DNA of 61,952 nt, the filler included, from Fonticula-like sp. SCN 57-25 (lineage: Eukaryota): the NCBI GenBank assembly GCA_001724245.1. It is 3 parts of 3 records of this genome, joined end to end, with 100 filler letters (N's around TTAATTAATTAA, not from the genome) between each part and the next. Parts side by side here need not be neighbours in the genome. Positions count along the whole stretch, not along the records: positions 1 to 22,749 come from MEDX01000097.1; 2 more parts are not named here. One strand, 5' to 3'. Both the position numbers and the translations under genes were made by a program. Positions 9,836 to 22,183 of this stretch are shown here, one piece after another. Every line of letters begins with the position of its first letter. Positions within the stretch are counted from its first letter, which is position 1. The notes below the pieces were generated by a model. The model worked only from the letters and a program-made list of their open reading frames with translations. It did no database searches and had not been told where the DNA came from.

Positions 9836-12641
9836 TTACACGGCAAAGCCGGCAAAACTCTGGAGCATCTCGATCCTCTCGGGCTGCGCGTTGATGAACT
9901 GGAAGCACGCGAGCGCCGCCATGACGAGCACCAGCGGGATCCAAAAGTTGAAGAGCATGCGGTCGCGCTTCCGCCTCCTCTTCTTCTCCACGTGGCGCAC
10001 GACGCCCGTCGCGCCCTCGCCGTTGGTGCCGACCTGCAGCCCGCCGCGCTTGAGCTGCGGGAAAAAGGTCGCCACCTGCGCCATCATCTTGTCCGTCACG
10101 ACGCGCGCAGACGCAAACTTGTCGGCCTGGGGCGGGGCGTTCGTCAGCGGCTCGGGCGCGGGCGCCACGGGGGCCTCCGGCTGCACCGTCGTCTGCGCCA
10201 AGGGGGCGACAGGGATCGCCGACACGCTCGGCTCGCGCGAAATGCTCATGCTGCGCACGAGCTCCGCCTCCTCGTCCTCTGCGGCGGCCGCTACCGCCTC
10301 GCCCGCCTCGATGTCAAAGTCAATATCAACGTCAATGTCGTCGCTCGCGTCCAGCGCGGCGTTGTGGGCGCGCAGCATGAGCGCGCGCAGCGTGGGCCGC
10401 GCCACATCGGCGGCCGACATGCGCCACGCGTTCGCGGCAAACATATCGGCGCCCGCTGCGATGAGACGCCCGACAGCGCGCGCGTCGCCGCGCCAAGCGG
10501 CAATGTGCAGCGCGGTCATGCCGTTCGCGTCCTGCGCGTCAAGCGCCTCGACCGGGAGGCGCTCAAGAAGGACCTCGACGAGGCGCTCGAGGCCGCAGGT
10601 GACAGCCAGGTGGAGCAGCGTATGGCGCGACGACAGAGTCGAGAGCGACAGGAGCATAGCCGCCTCGGCGTCGTCGGCCTCAAACGCAGACGAAATCGCG
10701 GCGACAATCACCGACTCGCACTCGCTCAAGCTCATCCCGCCTTGCTGCTGCATGGACCCCTGCTGCTCAGCGCCGCCCTGCGTCGCGCCCGGGCTCTGCT
10801 GGCTCATATTCACAATCGCAAGCGCAATGTTCTTTGCGTCCGAGATCTTGCCGGTAAACTTCATGCCGACCAGCTGGAGCGCCATTTCCATCAGCGCGCG
10901 GTCCGCAACGTCGCGGTACGTGAACGTCGCGTCGGGCAGAACGCCGGCGACGACCGGCTCGTGAACAATGTTGGCCGGCGGGAGGATCGTTACGGGAACG
11001 ACGCCGGCGGCGGCGGCCGGCGGCAGCACGCACACGAGCGTCGACGGGCTCCAAAAGTGCGTCGGGCGCGCCTCGTTCAAACCAAACATGACCGTCGCGC
11101 CTTCGTAAAAGTCGCTACCGAGCAGCGTCACCTCCACGCCGCCGTGTACGGGGCCATCACCGGGGACAAGGCGCACAATCTGAGGGCGAGGGCGGAACTC
11201 TACAAAGGAAAATTGTGTCAGCAAATAAACGTGAAAACTAGAGTCAGCAGCGTACCGGCCTGGACGTTCGAGGGGGACGCGGAAGCATGCACCAGCTGCT
11301 CATAGTCAAGCGGCTCTTCCTTTGGCATCGTAAGCGGCACGCCCGCGGCCTCCGACGCCGGGTACTTGAAGAAGGACTCTATGGGGTCAAACTCTGCGTC
11401 CATGTCGTCCTCGCCGACAAACTGCTCGGCCGACATGCTGTTGTCGAGGTAGTACTCGCCGGCCGCGAGCGACGCGGCATCGCCGGCGGGACCCGACATG
11501 GAATCGCTGCGCGGGCGCTTGGCCGAGCGCGCCTTGGCCGACTTGTGGTCGTCCGTGATCATGATGGGCGGCGACAGACCCGACGCAATCACCTCGCCGG
11601 CATGGTCGCGCATCACAAACGCGATGCAAAAGCCAGTCTTTTCATTGTGGTGGCGGCAGTAGCAGGTGATACGCGTTGGGATGATGGTGTCGCCGCTGGC
11701 AAAGTCGACCACGCGGTTGCAGTTGAAAACAAGGATCTTGAGCTGCTCGAGCTGAACGTTGTCGGTCGACGACGCGTCGGGCACCTCAGCGTCGGCGCCC
11801 GCGCCCGCGCCAACAGGCGGCGACTGAGGGGACAGCGGGGACACGGGGCCCGCCGGTGCCGAGCTGGCACCGCCGGCCTGGCGGATCGCCTGCTGCTCCT
11901 TGCGGCGCTGAGCACGCTTGCGCTATACCACGCGGTCAGAACACAACAAATCGACCAAAAGAGACGAACCTCGCGCTGGATGCAGCCAAAGCAAGTGGTG
12001 ACATTGCGGCTCGTGTCCGACGAGCACACCACGGCGGCCTCCAGGTACAGCGCCTGCCTCGCCAAAGCGGGATCTGACATGACGGTCAGACAAAGTAAAA
12101 CGTGGCATGCAGCGTACCAATACGCGGCGCCGACTTTACGCGGTCCTTCTGAACAAGATGCTCGGGCAGCACAAGGTGGTCCCACTTGGACACCTTGTCG
12201 CCAGTGGCGGAGAGCAGCTGGACGCACAGCTTGATCTGCGTCTCGACACGCGACTTGGCGCCCGTCGTCGGAATACCAAGAACGCGGATCTGCATGCCGC
12301 GAGAAGTGTTTGCCGGTGCCTCAATCTTTACCTGCGCCTGCCTCCTACGCGACAGACAGCGTGTCAGTAAACATGGGCGGCCTGTAAATTCGGTTAATCA
12401 TGGCGTACAGTGCAGCCGACAGGCCCATCGAATCGTGCGGAAATCCCTCCATGACGGAAGTATACGCAGGCACGCGGGGAATCGTCGGTCGCTCGTCCGC
12501 TTCCGGCACTCTCGCGTGCAAGTCTATTCCAAGCGCATTGCGGTTAGCAAGGCAGATCCCGCCAGCGGCCGCCGCCAACCCCGCGTGTAGCGTACCGCTC
12601 TCGTCAATTGAGTTCCAAGGTGGCGAGTAGTATCCAATCAT
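9836..12641 (-). CDS. Spt23/Mga2-like membrane-bound transcription factor (DNA-binding-like domain, IPT/TIG, ankyrin repeats, C-terminal TM)
   Basis: KSRVETQIKL, RITCYCRHHNEKTGF, PIMITDDHK; IPT domain (LVPGDGPVHGGVEVTLLG); ankyrins (HTLLHLA, GMTALHIAA); TM DRMLFNFWIPL. Start inferred. Confidence 0.88.
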
Positions 12642-12958
12642 GGACAAGGTGCGGACAACAGAGGACGATGGAAGCCTTTCAAAAGACAACGAGGCTGGAG
12701 AAACCTGGCTCACCAAAAGCAATAAAGTTTGCTGCTTTGGCACCTGATCGCCGTGCTACTCGTGTCAATAAGGCCCGACGCACACGCTCGCGTCACCCCA
12801 ATGCCCCAATTCCCCCGGTCAAAGTTCGAGTCCGTCTAAATTATCGCATGCGATTTTGGTCAGCGTTTTGTCAGCATTGTCAGCATTGCTGTCAGCATTT
12901 TGGACGGCCTTTGAAGTGCGGACGGCGGGCGGATCCCGGCCGGGTTCGTGGCGCGGAC

Positions 12959-13501
12959 ATGGTAAACGTGTACCTGCAACACATAGTTAAAGTGTTGAAT
13001 GTTGGCGCGCCCACGTTCAGGGACCTGGTGCCCATCGAGCAGCCGACCGACGAAGGGCGCAGATTTCTTCGTAATATGACGCGCCTTTCTATAGTCGACC
13101 TCATTTTTGCCGACGTTGTCGCGGGAACGGTACAGTGACAGCCGTGGCTCGAAAGCAAACGCTAATCGACTCATTTGCAGGTAAAGTTTTCGTTTGACCG
13201 CACGTTCGAGTGGATACAGGGGCAAGAGGTAGCCGTCCACCGCCTTCACGGCACGGCGTCCTTTCCCCTGAGCTACTCGAATGGGAGCAGGAGCGCCTTG
13301 GTCGTCCAGGACGACAACGCAACTGTAAAATGGGCGCTAAGAGAAACGGCGCTTTTTTGGACCCAGCGCGCCTTTTCGCGGATTCTGGCAACCGCTGAGT
13401 GGTCCTTGGGGGTGACGCGCGAGTTTGCGTTCAACAACATGTGGCTTCAAATTGGGATCAGAAAGGCAGCGCTGGTAGTCGAAGGTGCGTCGTGTGAGTA
13501 G
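12959..13501 (+). CDS. Hypothetical two-exon protein (~163 aa)
   Basis: Exons 12959-13129 and 13181-13501 join in frame across a 51-nt GTACAG...CTAAT...GCAG intron; no recognisable domain. Confidence 0.5.
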
Positions 13502-13706
13502 CTGATTGTGTACTTAATTTGAACTAGAGAAAATCCCGGCGACCAAGACAACGTCGCCAAAACAGGCGGACGAAAACGGCCACGGGAACGCCAAGGGCGG
13601 CGGCCCCGAGCAACGATCGACAAAGCTCACAATATACGAAATGGAGTCTTACATCAACGAAAATATATAGTACAATATTTGTAAATAATAAGAGTTCGTT
13701 GGGTAT

Positions 13707-15603
13707 TCAGTGCTGTGGCACAAATCCCTGCTGTGCGCCGGCGACATTGGCGGTGGCCGCGGGGTTCACGGGCGGCAGCAGGACGATGTACATGGCGTTC
13801 TGGGCGTACACGAGCACGACATCATAGGGCCGCGCCGAAAAGAAAAACACCTTCATCTGGCCGAGCGCCTCGCTCACCGCCTTGAGCTGCTGCTTGTCGG
13901 CCTCGCTCTTGGGCTGTAGCGTCAGCGCAAGCTCCCGGCGGAACCGGCTGGCGACCATCTTCTTTTGCGCCACGTGCGTGAAGACAAGGTCGGCGGGAAG
14001 CAGGCTAAAAGCAGACGACCTGACAGCAGTTAATTAGACAAAAAGAGGAAGAAATATAGGTATGCGTACTGCGGCCGCGGGCCAACGAAAAAGCCGTCCA
14101 CCGATATCGACGCCGTGAGCAGCTTGTGGTGCGTCTTGTGAAGCTCGGCGAGGCAGTCGTGCTGGAACGACAGCGTGCCCTGCCATAGTATGGTCTACGT
14201 AACCACACGTCAGCAATGGACGTGACAAATAAATAACATACCGAGCGTGCGGCCTGTTGCTGCTGCTGCTGCTGCTGTAGTTGCTGAGGAATGGCGGGAG
14301 GGTGCGGCTAAAAAGAGTGTGAGAGCCTTTTCCAATACCCCGCATATACGCACTCTCATCGACGCAGCCTGGTAATTCTGCTGCTGCATCTGCTGCTGTT
14401 GCTGCATCCCCATGCTTGTTGGCACCTCGGACATTGTCGGCGGCCTCACCTGCTGCTTGAGCTGCTGCTGCTGCATTTGCTGCTGCTGCATCTGCTGTTG
14501 CTGCTGTATCTGTAGTTGTTGTTGCTGCTGCTGCCGGAGTAACTGTTGCTGCTGCTGCTGCGTCATGGCTGCTGGCGCGATGCCCGGCCTGGCACTCGCA
14601 ATCGGCCTCATTGTGTTGGCCGCCGCCGCCGCCGCCGCGTACCCTGCGGGCATGGCACGCGCGCTTGGGTCCATCTTTATCTTTTTCCCCGCCGGCTCGG
14701 CGTCCACCGCCTGCCGCTGCGCCGCCGCCGCCGCCGCCGGATTGGCCATTCTCCCCTGCATCGCCGCGGCCTGCTGCTGCGCCTGCGCGTGCTGCTGCTG
14801 GGCCTGCATGGGCTGCTGCGCGGCCGGGATCACGAGCGGCTTTCCGTCCCATCCGATCCAGCTGAAAAGCGCAAGCGAGTTCCACCCGCGCACGGCGCCG
14901 AGGTCGGTCTTTGCAACCCCGCTGTCGCCCGTCGCCTTTTCAAACATAGCGCGCAAAGGCTCCATGACGCGAGGCGAAATGATGCTGAGGTGCGTCTGCG
15001 TGGAGCGGAACTCTTCGAGAATGTCGGAGAGGCGCGGCACTTGCGTCGCATCGCGCCCTTCGGTGCTACGCACGAGCATGCAATAGTCCGGCGTCGGCTC
15101 AGAGTTGCTAACAAGCACGCACAGCCGCGTCTGCTTTTCATTGCGGCCGAGCAGCTGAAGCGCCGCAGCGAGGCCGTCCACCATGTAGTTGGTCGCGCCC
15201 GACGGAGGCTCAAATTCGAGCGACTTTAGCGTGTCCTGCACGCGCGAGACGTCGCTCGTAAAGAGCGTGCTGCGGAGGCGGCCCGAGCTGGGAGAAGAGC
15301 CGCCAAAGATTGTGACGGCGTAGCGCACGCTCGGGTACGCAAACTTGTCATCGACCAGACGCGTGCCAAAGTACCTGCGGGTGGCGCGAATGGTTAGGGA
15401 CTACAGACATCACGCGGGGAAAAGGGTTCATACTGTAACAAAGGGGCAAGCTGGTTTTCGTAGATAGAGGCAAAAGAGGGCGCCATGCGCGACGACCCGT
15501 CCACCAGCAGGACGATTTTAACTACAAGAGGCGAGGAGGTATGCTCGATCGGCAAACCATGCTGCGCGAGCAAAGACGCGTTCCCGCGCATCGCGGTCTG
15601 CAT
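13707..15603 (-). CDS. MED25: Mediator subunit 25-like (vWA domain, poly-Q linker, probable ACID-like C-terminus)
   Basis: IVLLVDGS, DGLAAALQL, CVLVSNSEP and HLSIISPR...LRAMFEKA resemble the MED25 vWA domain; long poly-Q at ~14370-14560. Confidence 0.7.
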
Positions 15604-15880
15604 GTCGGCCACCACTCACAGCAGTCGGTGCCCTCTCTGTGTGTGGGAAAAACACGCTTCACTGGAAGCGTACCCGTAGAGGCAGCGGCGGTGTGGGAAT
15701 GCCAGAAAATATTGGCCGCCGTCGGCTGCGTCGGCTCTGCCCCCTATCTCAAGATGCCCCTCAAGCGCAAACCGCAAACTGAAATAATCGCATGCGGGTT
15801 TTCTTCCCACGCTTCCATTTTGGAGGTGGTTGTCACTCGACTCCCTCCTTTACACGCAGGTGGCAGGCAGGTAAGACAAA

Positions 15881-17261
15881 ATGATGTCGCTGCGTAGCAT
15901 CGTGGGTGGCCGTGCTGCCGCTGGGCGTCTGTTTAACACTGCGTCGCGCTCGCTTGCGTCTGCGCCGCTTTCGGAGAGCCCGCTGCTGCTCAAGACCGCC
16001 GAGCAGGTGTACGCGAACCCCGAGCTCGCTAGCGTCGCCGGCGGCGATGTGAAGGAGATGAACCTTTTCCAGGCCGTCAACAACGCCATGGAGACGGCTC
16101 TTGCCAGCGATGATTCCGCTGTTGTTTTTGGCGAGGACGTTGCCTTTGGCGGTGTTTTCCGCTGCTCTCTTAACCTGATGGAGAAGTTTGGTGCGCAGCA
16201 TCCCTCTTTCTGCCCGCCCATCGGCTGACGATGGCCTCTCTTTCCCTTTGTCCATTTGTAGGCAAGGACCGCGTGTTCAACACCCCTCTTTGCGAGCAGG
16301 GTATTGCCGGTTTTGGTATTGGTATGGCCGCCATGGGCGCCACCGCCATCGCCGAGATCCAGTTTGCCGACTACATCTTCCCTGCCTTTGATCAGCTTGT
16401 GAACGAGGCGGCCAAGTACCGCTACCGCTCCGGCGGCATGTTTGACGTCGGAGGTCTCACTGTGCGTGCTCCCTGCGGCGCGGTCGGCCACGGCGGCCAC
16501 TACCACTCGCAGTCGCCCGAGGCGTACTTTGCGCACACGCCCGGCCTCAAGGTCGTCGTGGCGCGCAGCCCCATCCAGGCCAAGGGCCTGCTGCTCGCGT
16601 CCATCCGCGACCGCAACCCCGTCGTCTTCTTTGAGCCGAAGGCGCTTTACCGCGCCGCCGTCGAGCAGGTGCCTCTCAACGACTTTGAGCTGCCGCTCGG
16701 CAAGGCCGAGATTGTCATCCCCGGTACGCGCCGCCCTCTTTGCCAAGAAACAATGCTCACGGCAGGTTTCAAATTTAGGCAAGGACGTCACGATTGTTGG
16801 CTGGGGTGCTCAGATGTACGTGCTCGAGAATGCAGTCCGCATGGCCAAGGAGCAGCTCGGCGTCCAGTGCGAGCTCATCGATCTCCGCACGATCGCCCCG
16901 TGGGACGTCGACACCATCGTCGAGGTACGCTCGCCTATTATAACGCACCACAGCGAGCTAACGCAGTGAATTGCCGTATTAGTCGGTCAATAAGACCGGC
17001 CGCCTTATTGTGAGCCACGAGGCGCCGCTGACCGGCGGTTTCGCCGGCGAAATTGCCAGCACCATCCTCGAGCGCTGGTGCGTTCCATGTGGTTCTCGTT
17101 AAGCGTTGCTGATGTGTGTCGTTTGTAGCTTCCTCCGGTTAGAGGCTCCGATCCAGCGCGTGTGCGGTTACGACACGCCATTCCCGCTCATCTTTGAGAA
17201 GCAGTACATGCCCGACAAGTTCCGCAACTTTGAGGCTATCAAGAAGGTGTTGAACTATTAG
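15881..17261 (+). CDS. BCKDHB: Branched-chain 2-oxoacid dehydrogenase E1 beta subunit, mitochondrial
   Basis: [64 protein letters not shown]; stop TAG at 17259-17261. Confidence 0.96.
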
Positions 17262-18163
17262 ACGATCAGCAGAGATGCGCTGAAATAAAATAATAAAAAG
17301 TCGAAATATTTTCATTGAAAGGCGGAGGATATGCTATCAAAGCTAATACTACAAACACAAAGGCCAACATACAACTAAAAGGAACTATTTTGGTGTGATC
17401 CATCCGTGGGCACCCAAATAGTCAACACTCACAGGATACATCCTGACAGATCCGTCCGGAGCGGCCTTGGCCAACATCCACTGGCCACCGCCTTGGCTTG
17501 CCGTCCTACCCGTCAGTGCTCTCGCAGGCCACCAGATATCTGCCAGAATTCGCATCACATGTCGCAGAGGTACGACTAACATCTGTGGACCCGGCCCGTC
17601 GTGACGCGCCAAGCGAAGTTTATTGGAGTCACCAACGTCAGCAGCGCGTTTGATTGGACAAGGAGAACTGCAAATTTGCGATGTGATTCTATTGGCGGAT
17701 GCTTTTACCAAAAAAGGGCAAAATACACAAAAAAGGAATTTGTTCCATTTTTTGTGGGCTGTCTTTTTCCAGACGACGTTTTTTCGCTCATAAGACGAAG
17801 AAAGGGAGGGACCGGCACCTGCGGCGTCCGCGTGAGTAGGACGACAGACCGACAGGAGGCGTGAGCAGTTCGTGAGCCTACAGCTTTACGCATTGCTGTT
17901 TTTCCTTGGATCGCCTTTCTTTTGTTATTCTTTTTTGAATTTACAGAAAGACCTGCGTCCCTTTGCATTTCGCTGGCCCTACTACGATTTGCACGGGAAA
18001 GGACGGCATCTACTTTGGTTTAGCAGAGTGGAGAGGACGAGATCGCTTGGGGCTTGTTGAAAGAAGGCAAAACTATATTTCACCCAGATCAGCAAGACGG
18101 TTTCCGTTTGAATCGGGATCCGTTTGTTTGATCTCTCGGTGATACTTTGGTTTGTGCTCTAAA

Positions 18164-20293
18164 ATGGAGGGCTCCGATCAAGGTAGCTACGACGAGGATG
18201 ACTTTCTTTATCACGACGCTTCGGACGACAATGACGCTGAATCCCGGCGGTTATTCATGTCGAGCGAGTTCATGTCGGACTCTGACGATGGCGGCGATGA
18301 CGAGGAGGATGAGGCCTTTTTTATCTCTAACGATCTGATCGGCGACGGAAGCGCCATTGAGCGCTTGTTGGATCTCGAAGATCCCGTCCTGACGGAGCCT
18401 ATGCTTGACCACTTGCTGCAGGGCGATGCGCTTGCAGAGATCCTCAGCTACGTAACGCGTATTAATCCCGACTTGCCGAAGAAGAGTGATAGCTCGCGCG
18501 CCCGCGACTACAGCGATCTCGTTGCGCTCAAGCGCTCCTTCAATGCGATGGAGCTTGTCTCGAGCCAGCGTGTCCAGTGGTCGATGCGCTTGGTCCAGGA
18601 GCGCTATGAGCAGATCCTGACGACGATTTTCGCTGTCCTTGACGGCAACTCTGACGGTAATTTCCACCATTTCCGCCGCATTTTTGAAAACATTCTGCGC
18701 CAAAAGCCGGTGGAGGTCATTCGCATTGTTTCGACGCCGGACGGCGATGACAAGCCCCTGATCTACAAGTTTATCGAGTACCTGGACGAGTCTCCTGTGT
18801 CATCATGCCTTGGCACGCTGCTGTTCCTGCCCGTGCCGCGGGGTGAGCGCCGGCCGTTCTACCTCTCGCTGATCCAATGGGAATACTTGCGGCTCATCAT
18901 TGAGCGGATCTGCGTACCAGACGAGTCTGCGTCGTATGCGATTGCCGATTTCCTTGCTCGCGTGATCGACGAGTGCACGCGCGCCGACACGTGCGAGCTG
19001 ATCACTCTGCAGGCGCTCCCCGACCGCCCGACGATCATGGACTGGCTCTTTGACAACGCGATGCGCACGGACGATTTTATGGGCAACGCACAGCGCGCGT
19101 CCCTCATGCGCGTCGCCCTCTGCCTCATCACCAAGAGCGCGCCGCGCGAGTACGAGGTCGCGCTCCCCACCGACAATGGCGGCGTCGTCACGCAGCGCCA
19201 CGTCAACCACCTGAACCGCGCGTTTGATATCTTTAGGAAAGTGGCGCTGGACCGCGCTGACCAGCTGCGGGAAATGCTCATCAACAACGAGCTCGTCGGC
19301 GTCGTCGCGCCCCCTGTGCGTTTCTCGTCGTACACGATCCCGGCCCGCTTCCCCACGATGCGCCTCGCCGTCCTCGAGCTCATCTACGAGGTGCTCCGCG
19401 GGGCAGAGCTCGACGAGATCGAGGATGTGCTCGGCACCTTTGACGCGGCCGTATGGCAGCAGCTCACCAACTGGTTCTTTGAGTACCGCTTCAACAACGT
19501 GTACCACACGCTGTTTTGCAAGCTGTTCACCGTCATCATCCAGCTCAACCACGTGCCGACGCTCAAGAACCTCCTTACGAAAACAAAGTTCCTCTCGAGG
19601 ATGATTGAGCACTACAATGACGAGGCGCCGTCGGGCTGCCACGGCTACATTCTGCTGTTTTGCAACATTCTGCGCCTGTCGGCCGACTCGCAGCCGCTGT
19701 CCGAGTACCTCCCCAGCATGCTCGAGAGCCACCACTTGTGGCAGCAGTTCATCGAGGTCCTGCGCTCCGACACCCAGGCGCAGATCATGTTCAACCCCGA
19801 GCTCGAGGACGCCACGTTCCAGAGGCCACCGCCGCACGTCGGGCCCATGGGCAGCGGGCCGGACGCTGCCGAGGCCCCGCTCGTCAAGGAGTTTTTCATC
19901 CCCGACGGCGTCGACCTCGGGTCGCAGTATGCGTATTCGCTCGGCTTTGTAGGGACGCCGCGCGACGACGCGTCCAACTTTGACTCTGACACCGAGTCGT
20001 CGCCCGAGAAGAAGAAGAAAAAGAAGAAGAAGAAGAAGAAGGGCACCAGAAAGTCGCACTCGAACGGCGGCGACAGCAGCAGCGACGCGTTCCTGAGCAG
20101 CAGCGAGGACGACGAGGACGCCAACTCGAGCTTTAGCAGCGTCGGCAGCGCGTTCAGCCCCGGCCCGTCGGGCGGCCTCAGCATAGACGACGAGCCCAGC
20201 AGCCCGGTCCCGACGCGCGTCACGGCGGGCGGCTCTGGCGTGTCGACCCCGCTCCCGGTCAAGTACACGTACCCGCCAAACTATAGCGAGTAG
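18164..20293 (+). CDS. SAPS/SIT4-associated (PP6 regulatory subunit)-like protein, single coding exon
   Basis: 709-aa ORF; helical core with RLAVLELI and WFFEYRFNNVYH (cf. SAPS FF.Y.WNNFLH), GCHGYI; acidic ends and a poly-K tract. Confidence 0.6.
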   Translation: MEGSDQGSYDEDDFLYHDASDDNDAESRRLFMSSEFMSDSDDGGDDEEDEAFFISNDLIGDGSAIERLLDLEDPVLTEPMLDHLLQGDALAEILSYVTRINPDLPKKSDSSRARDYSDLVALKRSFNAMELVSSQRVQWSMRLVQERYEQILTTIFAVLDGNSDGNFHHFRRIFENILRQKPVEVIRIVSTPDGDDKPLIYKFIEYLDESPVSSCLGTLLFLPVPRGERRPFYLSLIQWEYLRLIIERICVPDESASYAIADFLARVIDECTRADTCELITLQALPDRPTIMDWLFDNAMRTDDFMGNAQRASLMRVALCLITKSAPREYEVALPTDNGGVVTQRHVNHLNRAFDIFRKVALDRADQLREMLINNELVGVVAPPVRFSSYTIPARFPTMRLAVLELIYEVLRGAELDEIEDVLGTFDAAVWQQLTNWFFEYRFNNVYHTLFCKLFTVIIQLNHVPTLKNLLTKTKFLSRMIEHYNDEAPSGCHGYILLFCNILRLSADSQPLSEYLPSMLESHHLWQQFIEVLRSDTQAQIMFNPELEDATFQRPPPHVGPMGSGPDAAEAPLVKEFFIPDGVDLGSQYAYSLGFVGTPRDDASNFDSDTESSPEKKKKKKKKKKKGTRKSHSNGGDSSSDAFLSSSEDDEDANSSFSSVGSAFSPGPSGGLSIDDEPSSPVPTRVTAGGSGVSTPLPVKYTYPPNYSE

Positions 20294-20908
20294 ATGGGCG
20301 ATTTAGAGATGCTTCGCGTCGAGATTTAGTATTTCTCGGCGGCGGGAAGAAGGCGAAAAGGAGCAAAGACTACAGCGGGCGTGCACGATCTGCATATTCG
20401 ACATACATTTTCTCAAAATGGGGCTCGAGTTGCGCGACCCGATCGAGACATTTTTCTTTACATACTATTCAGGAACGAATATTTTCCCAGGGTTTCTCTT
20501 TTTCCTTTCGTTGGATACTACTTTGCTTTATCTCCCCTCTCTATCTCTCCCCGTCAGAGGAGGCGGCGTATCACTTTGATCTGTTTTTCTTGACGAGCGC
20601 GGGCTGTTGACGGCAAGCTGATCATGGGTTGCTTGTGTACCACTAAAAATCGCCAGAGTAGGGTTTGCGTTATTCTCGGTTTATATTATGGCAGGGTTGC
20701 ATGGCTTGTCAGTTTTTTTCTACTAGTGTTATTTTCCCCCTTTTCTGTTCTCTTTGTACAGACACCTAATGATACCGGAACGATACGGTTTCCTGATCGA
20801 TGTGCCCTGTTCAATCTTACGTCCAGCGATAGTGCGCAAACATTATTCTTATTACACTTTATACAGTCACAAATGTACACACAACTCGGCAGCAGGCGCG
20901 CCTGATAT

Positions 20909-22019
20909 TCACCCAGCCGACGTCTCCTTTCCCCATGTTTCCACCGCGTGCCGCACAATGATCTCTGCGTCGGCGTCCTCTTGCACCTACAACCCCGTTC
21001 CGTCAGTATCCGGCAGTGCATGCACGCCGCAGTACGTACGCGAGAAAGCAGCGCGCGCGCGTCGCTCGCGCTCTTGGCGTTCATCAGCCGGACCTTGAAG
21101 TGGCCGAGCACCGCCACCCCGACGTGCACCAAGATGGACGACGATCCGCCGATTAGAATGTCGAAAACGCGGTCAATTGTGTACACGGGCAGCGTGTCGC
21201 AAAAATATGACGCAAACCACGACACGGCAAAGCTGTCAAGCGGAAGGCCGATGTGCGACAGATGCCGCAAGAGCGCCTCGTCATGCGCCTGCAGGTGCGA
21301 CTGCAGCGCGGCCACGTGGTGGCGTTGGCGGTTCGTGTGCTGGATGGCGGGCGTGAGGGCGCGCAAAGGGAACGGGAAAGGAGCGCACCAGCTCGACGTT
21401 TATAAGAGAGGCAATAAGGTTTTGCGAGCGCGCAAAGGAGCAGAAAAGCCAGAATGCCTCTTGCTCGCTCTCGGTCAAGTGGAGGAATACGCTCGCGATC
21501 ATCACCAGGGGGGCGAGCTGGGCAGACTGCGCCCAATCCTAAAGAAAAACAACGCAACAAGCAGCTTGTTAATATAACATAAAGTGACATAAACAATGCA
21601 CGTACGCGGGGTATCCGCCGCGTCATGTTGCTCTTGACGAGGAACGCCGCAACGATCGGGTACGCCGGCGACCTCGAGAGGTCGGCTGCCGACACAAGAA
21701 GCGGAACCGCCTTTGAAAGGTCCGCATACTGCTCGCTCTCTTGACGCTCAACAAACTCCCACGCAGAGCGAATTGGAGGAAGGACGCCGAGCAAAAGCTT
21801 CCACACGAGCAGGCGGTACGCGCTCGGGATGTGCGACTGCAGACATATTTGCGACAGCCGCTGAAGATCTGCAAAAAAGTCTTTTAGATGTATGTCGCAG
21901 TGTACCACACACGCACCTATTGTATTGTCCTGCAAGAGAGCATCGTATTGACTGCGGACGTCCGTCGTCTGGACGCCAATGTTGTTGATTAGCGCTCGCC
22001 TAAAATCGCGTCCGATCAT
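20909..22019 (-). CDS. TBC1D7: TBC1 domain family member 7 (TSC complex subunit)
   Basis: RDFR...IG, DLQRLSQIC...IPSAYRLLVWKLLLGVLPP, WFASYFCDTLP...RVFDILIGGSSSILVHV; last exon ends at TGA 20909. Confidence 0.8.
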
Positions 22020-22183
22020 GACGGGTTGGGCGGCAGGAGCGAATCATACAAATCAGGCGGGAATCAGGCGGGAATCAGAAGTGCATTTCTATGGTAGGAA
22101 TACAGACTCGGTCGGAAAAGACAACAAAAGTAAAGAAAGTGGTAGTAAAAAGTACAAAAAGATACTCGGCATTCATAGGAAAT

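Noticed and set aside
9891-11305. Long plus-strand ORFs (357 and 437 aa), and similar ones at 18803-20059 and 46605-47651
   Set aside because: Antisense shadows of high-GC real genes.
14412-15086. Cys-rich, metallothionein-like plus-strand ORF
   Set aside because: Antisense reading of the CAG poly-Q tract in the MED25-like gene.
17385-17711. 108-aa minus-strand ORF downstream of BCKDHB
   Set aside because: No convincing start, splice structure or motif; cannot be supported.
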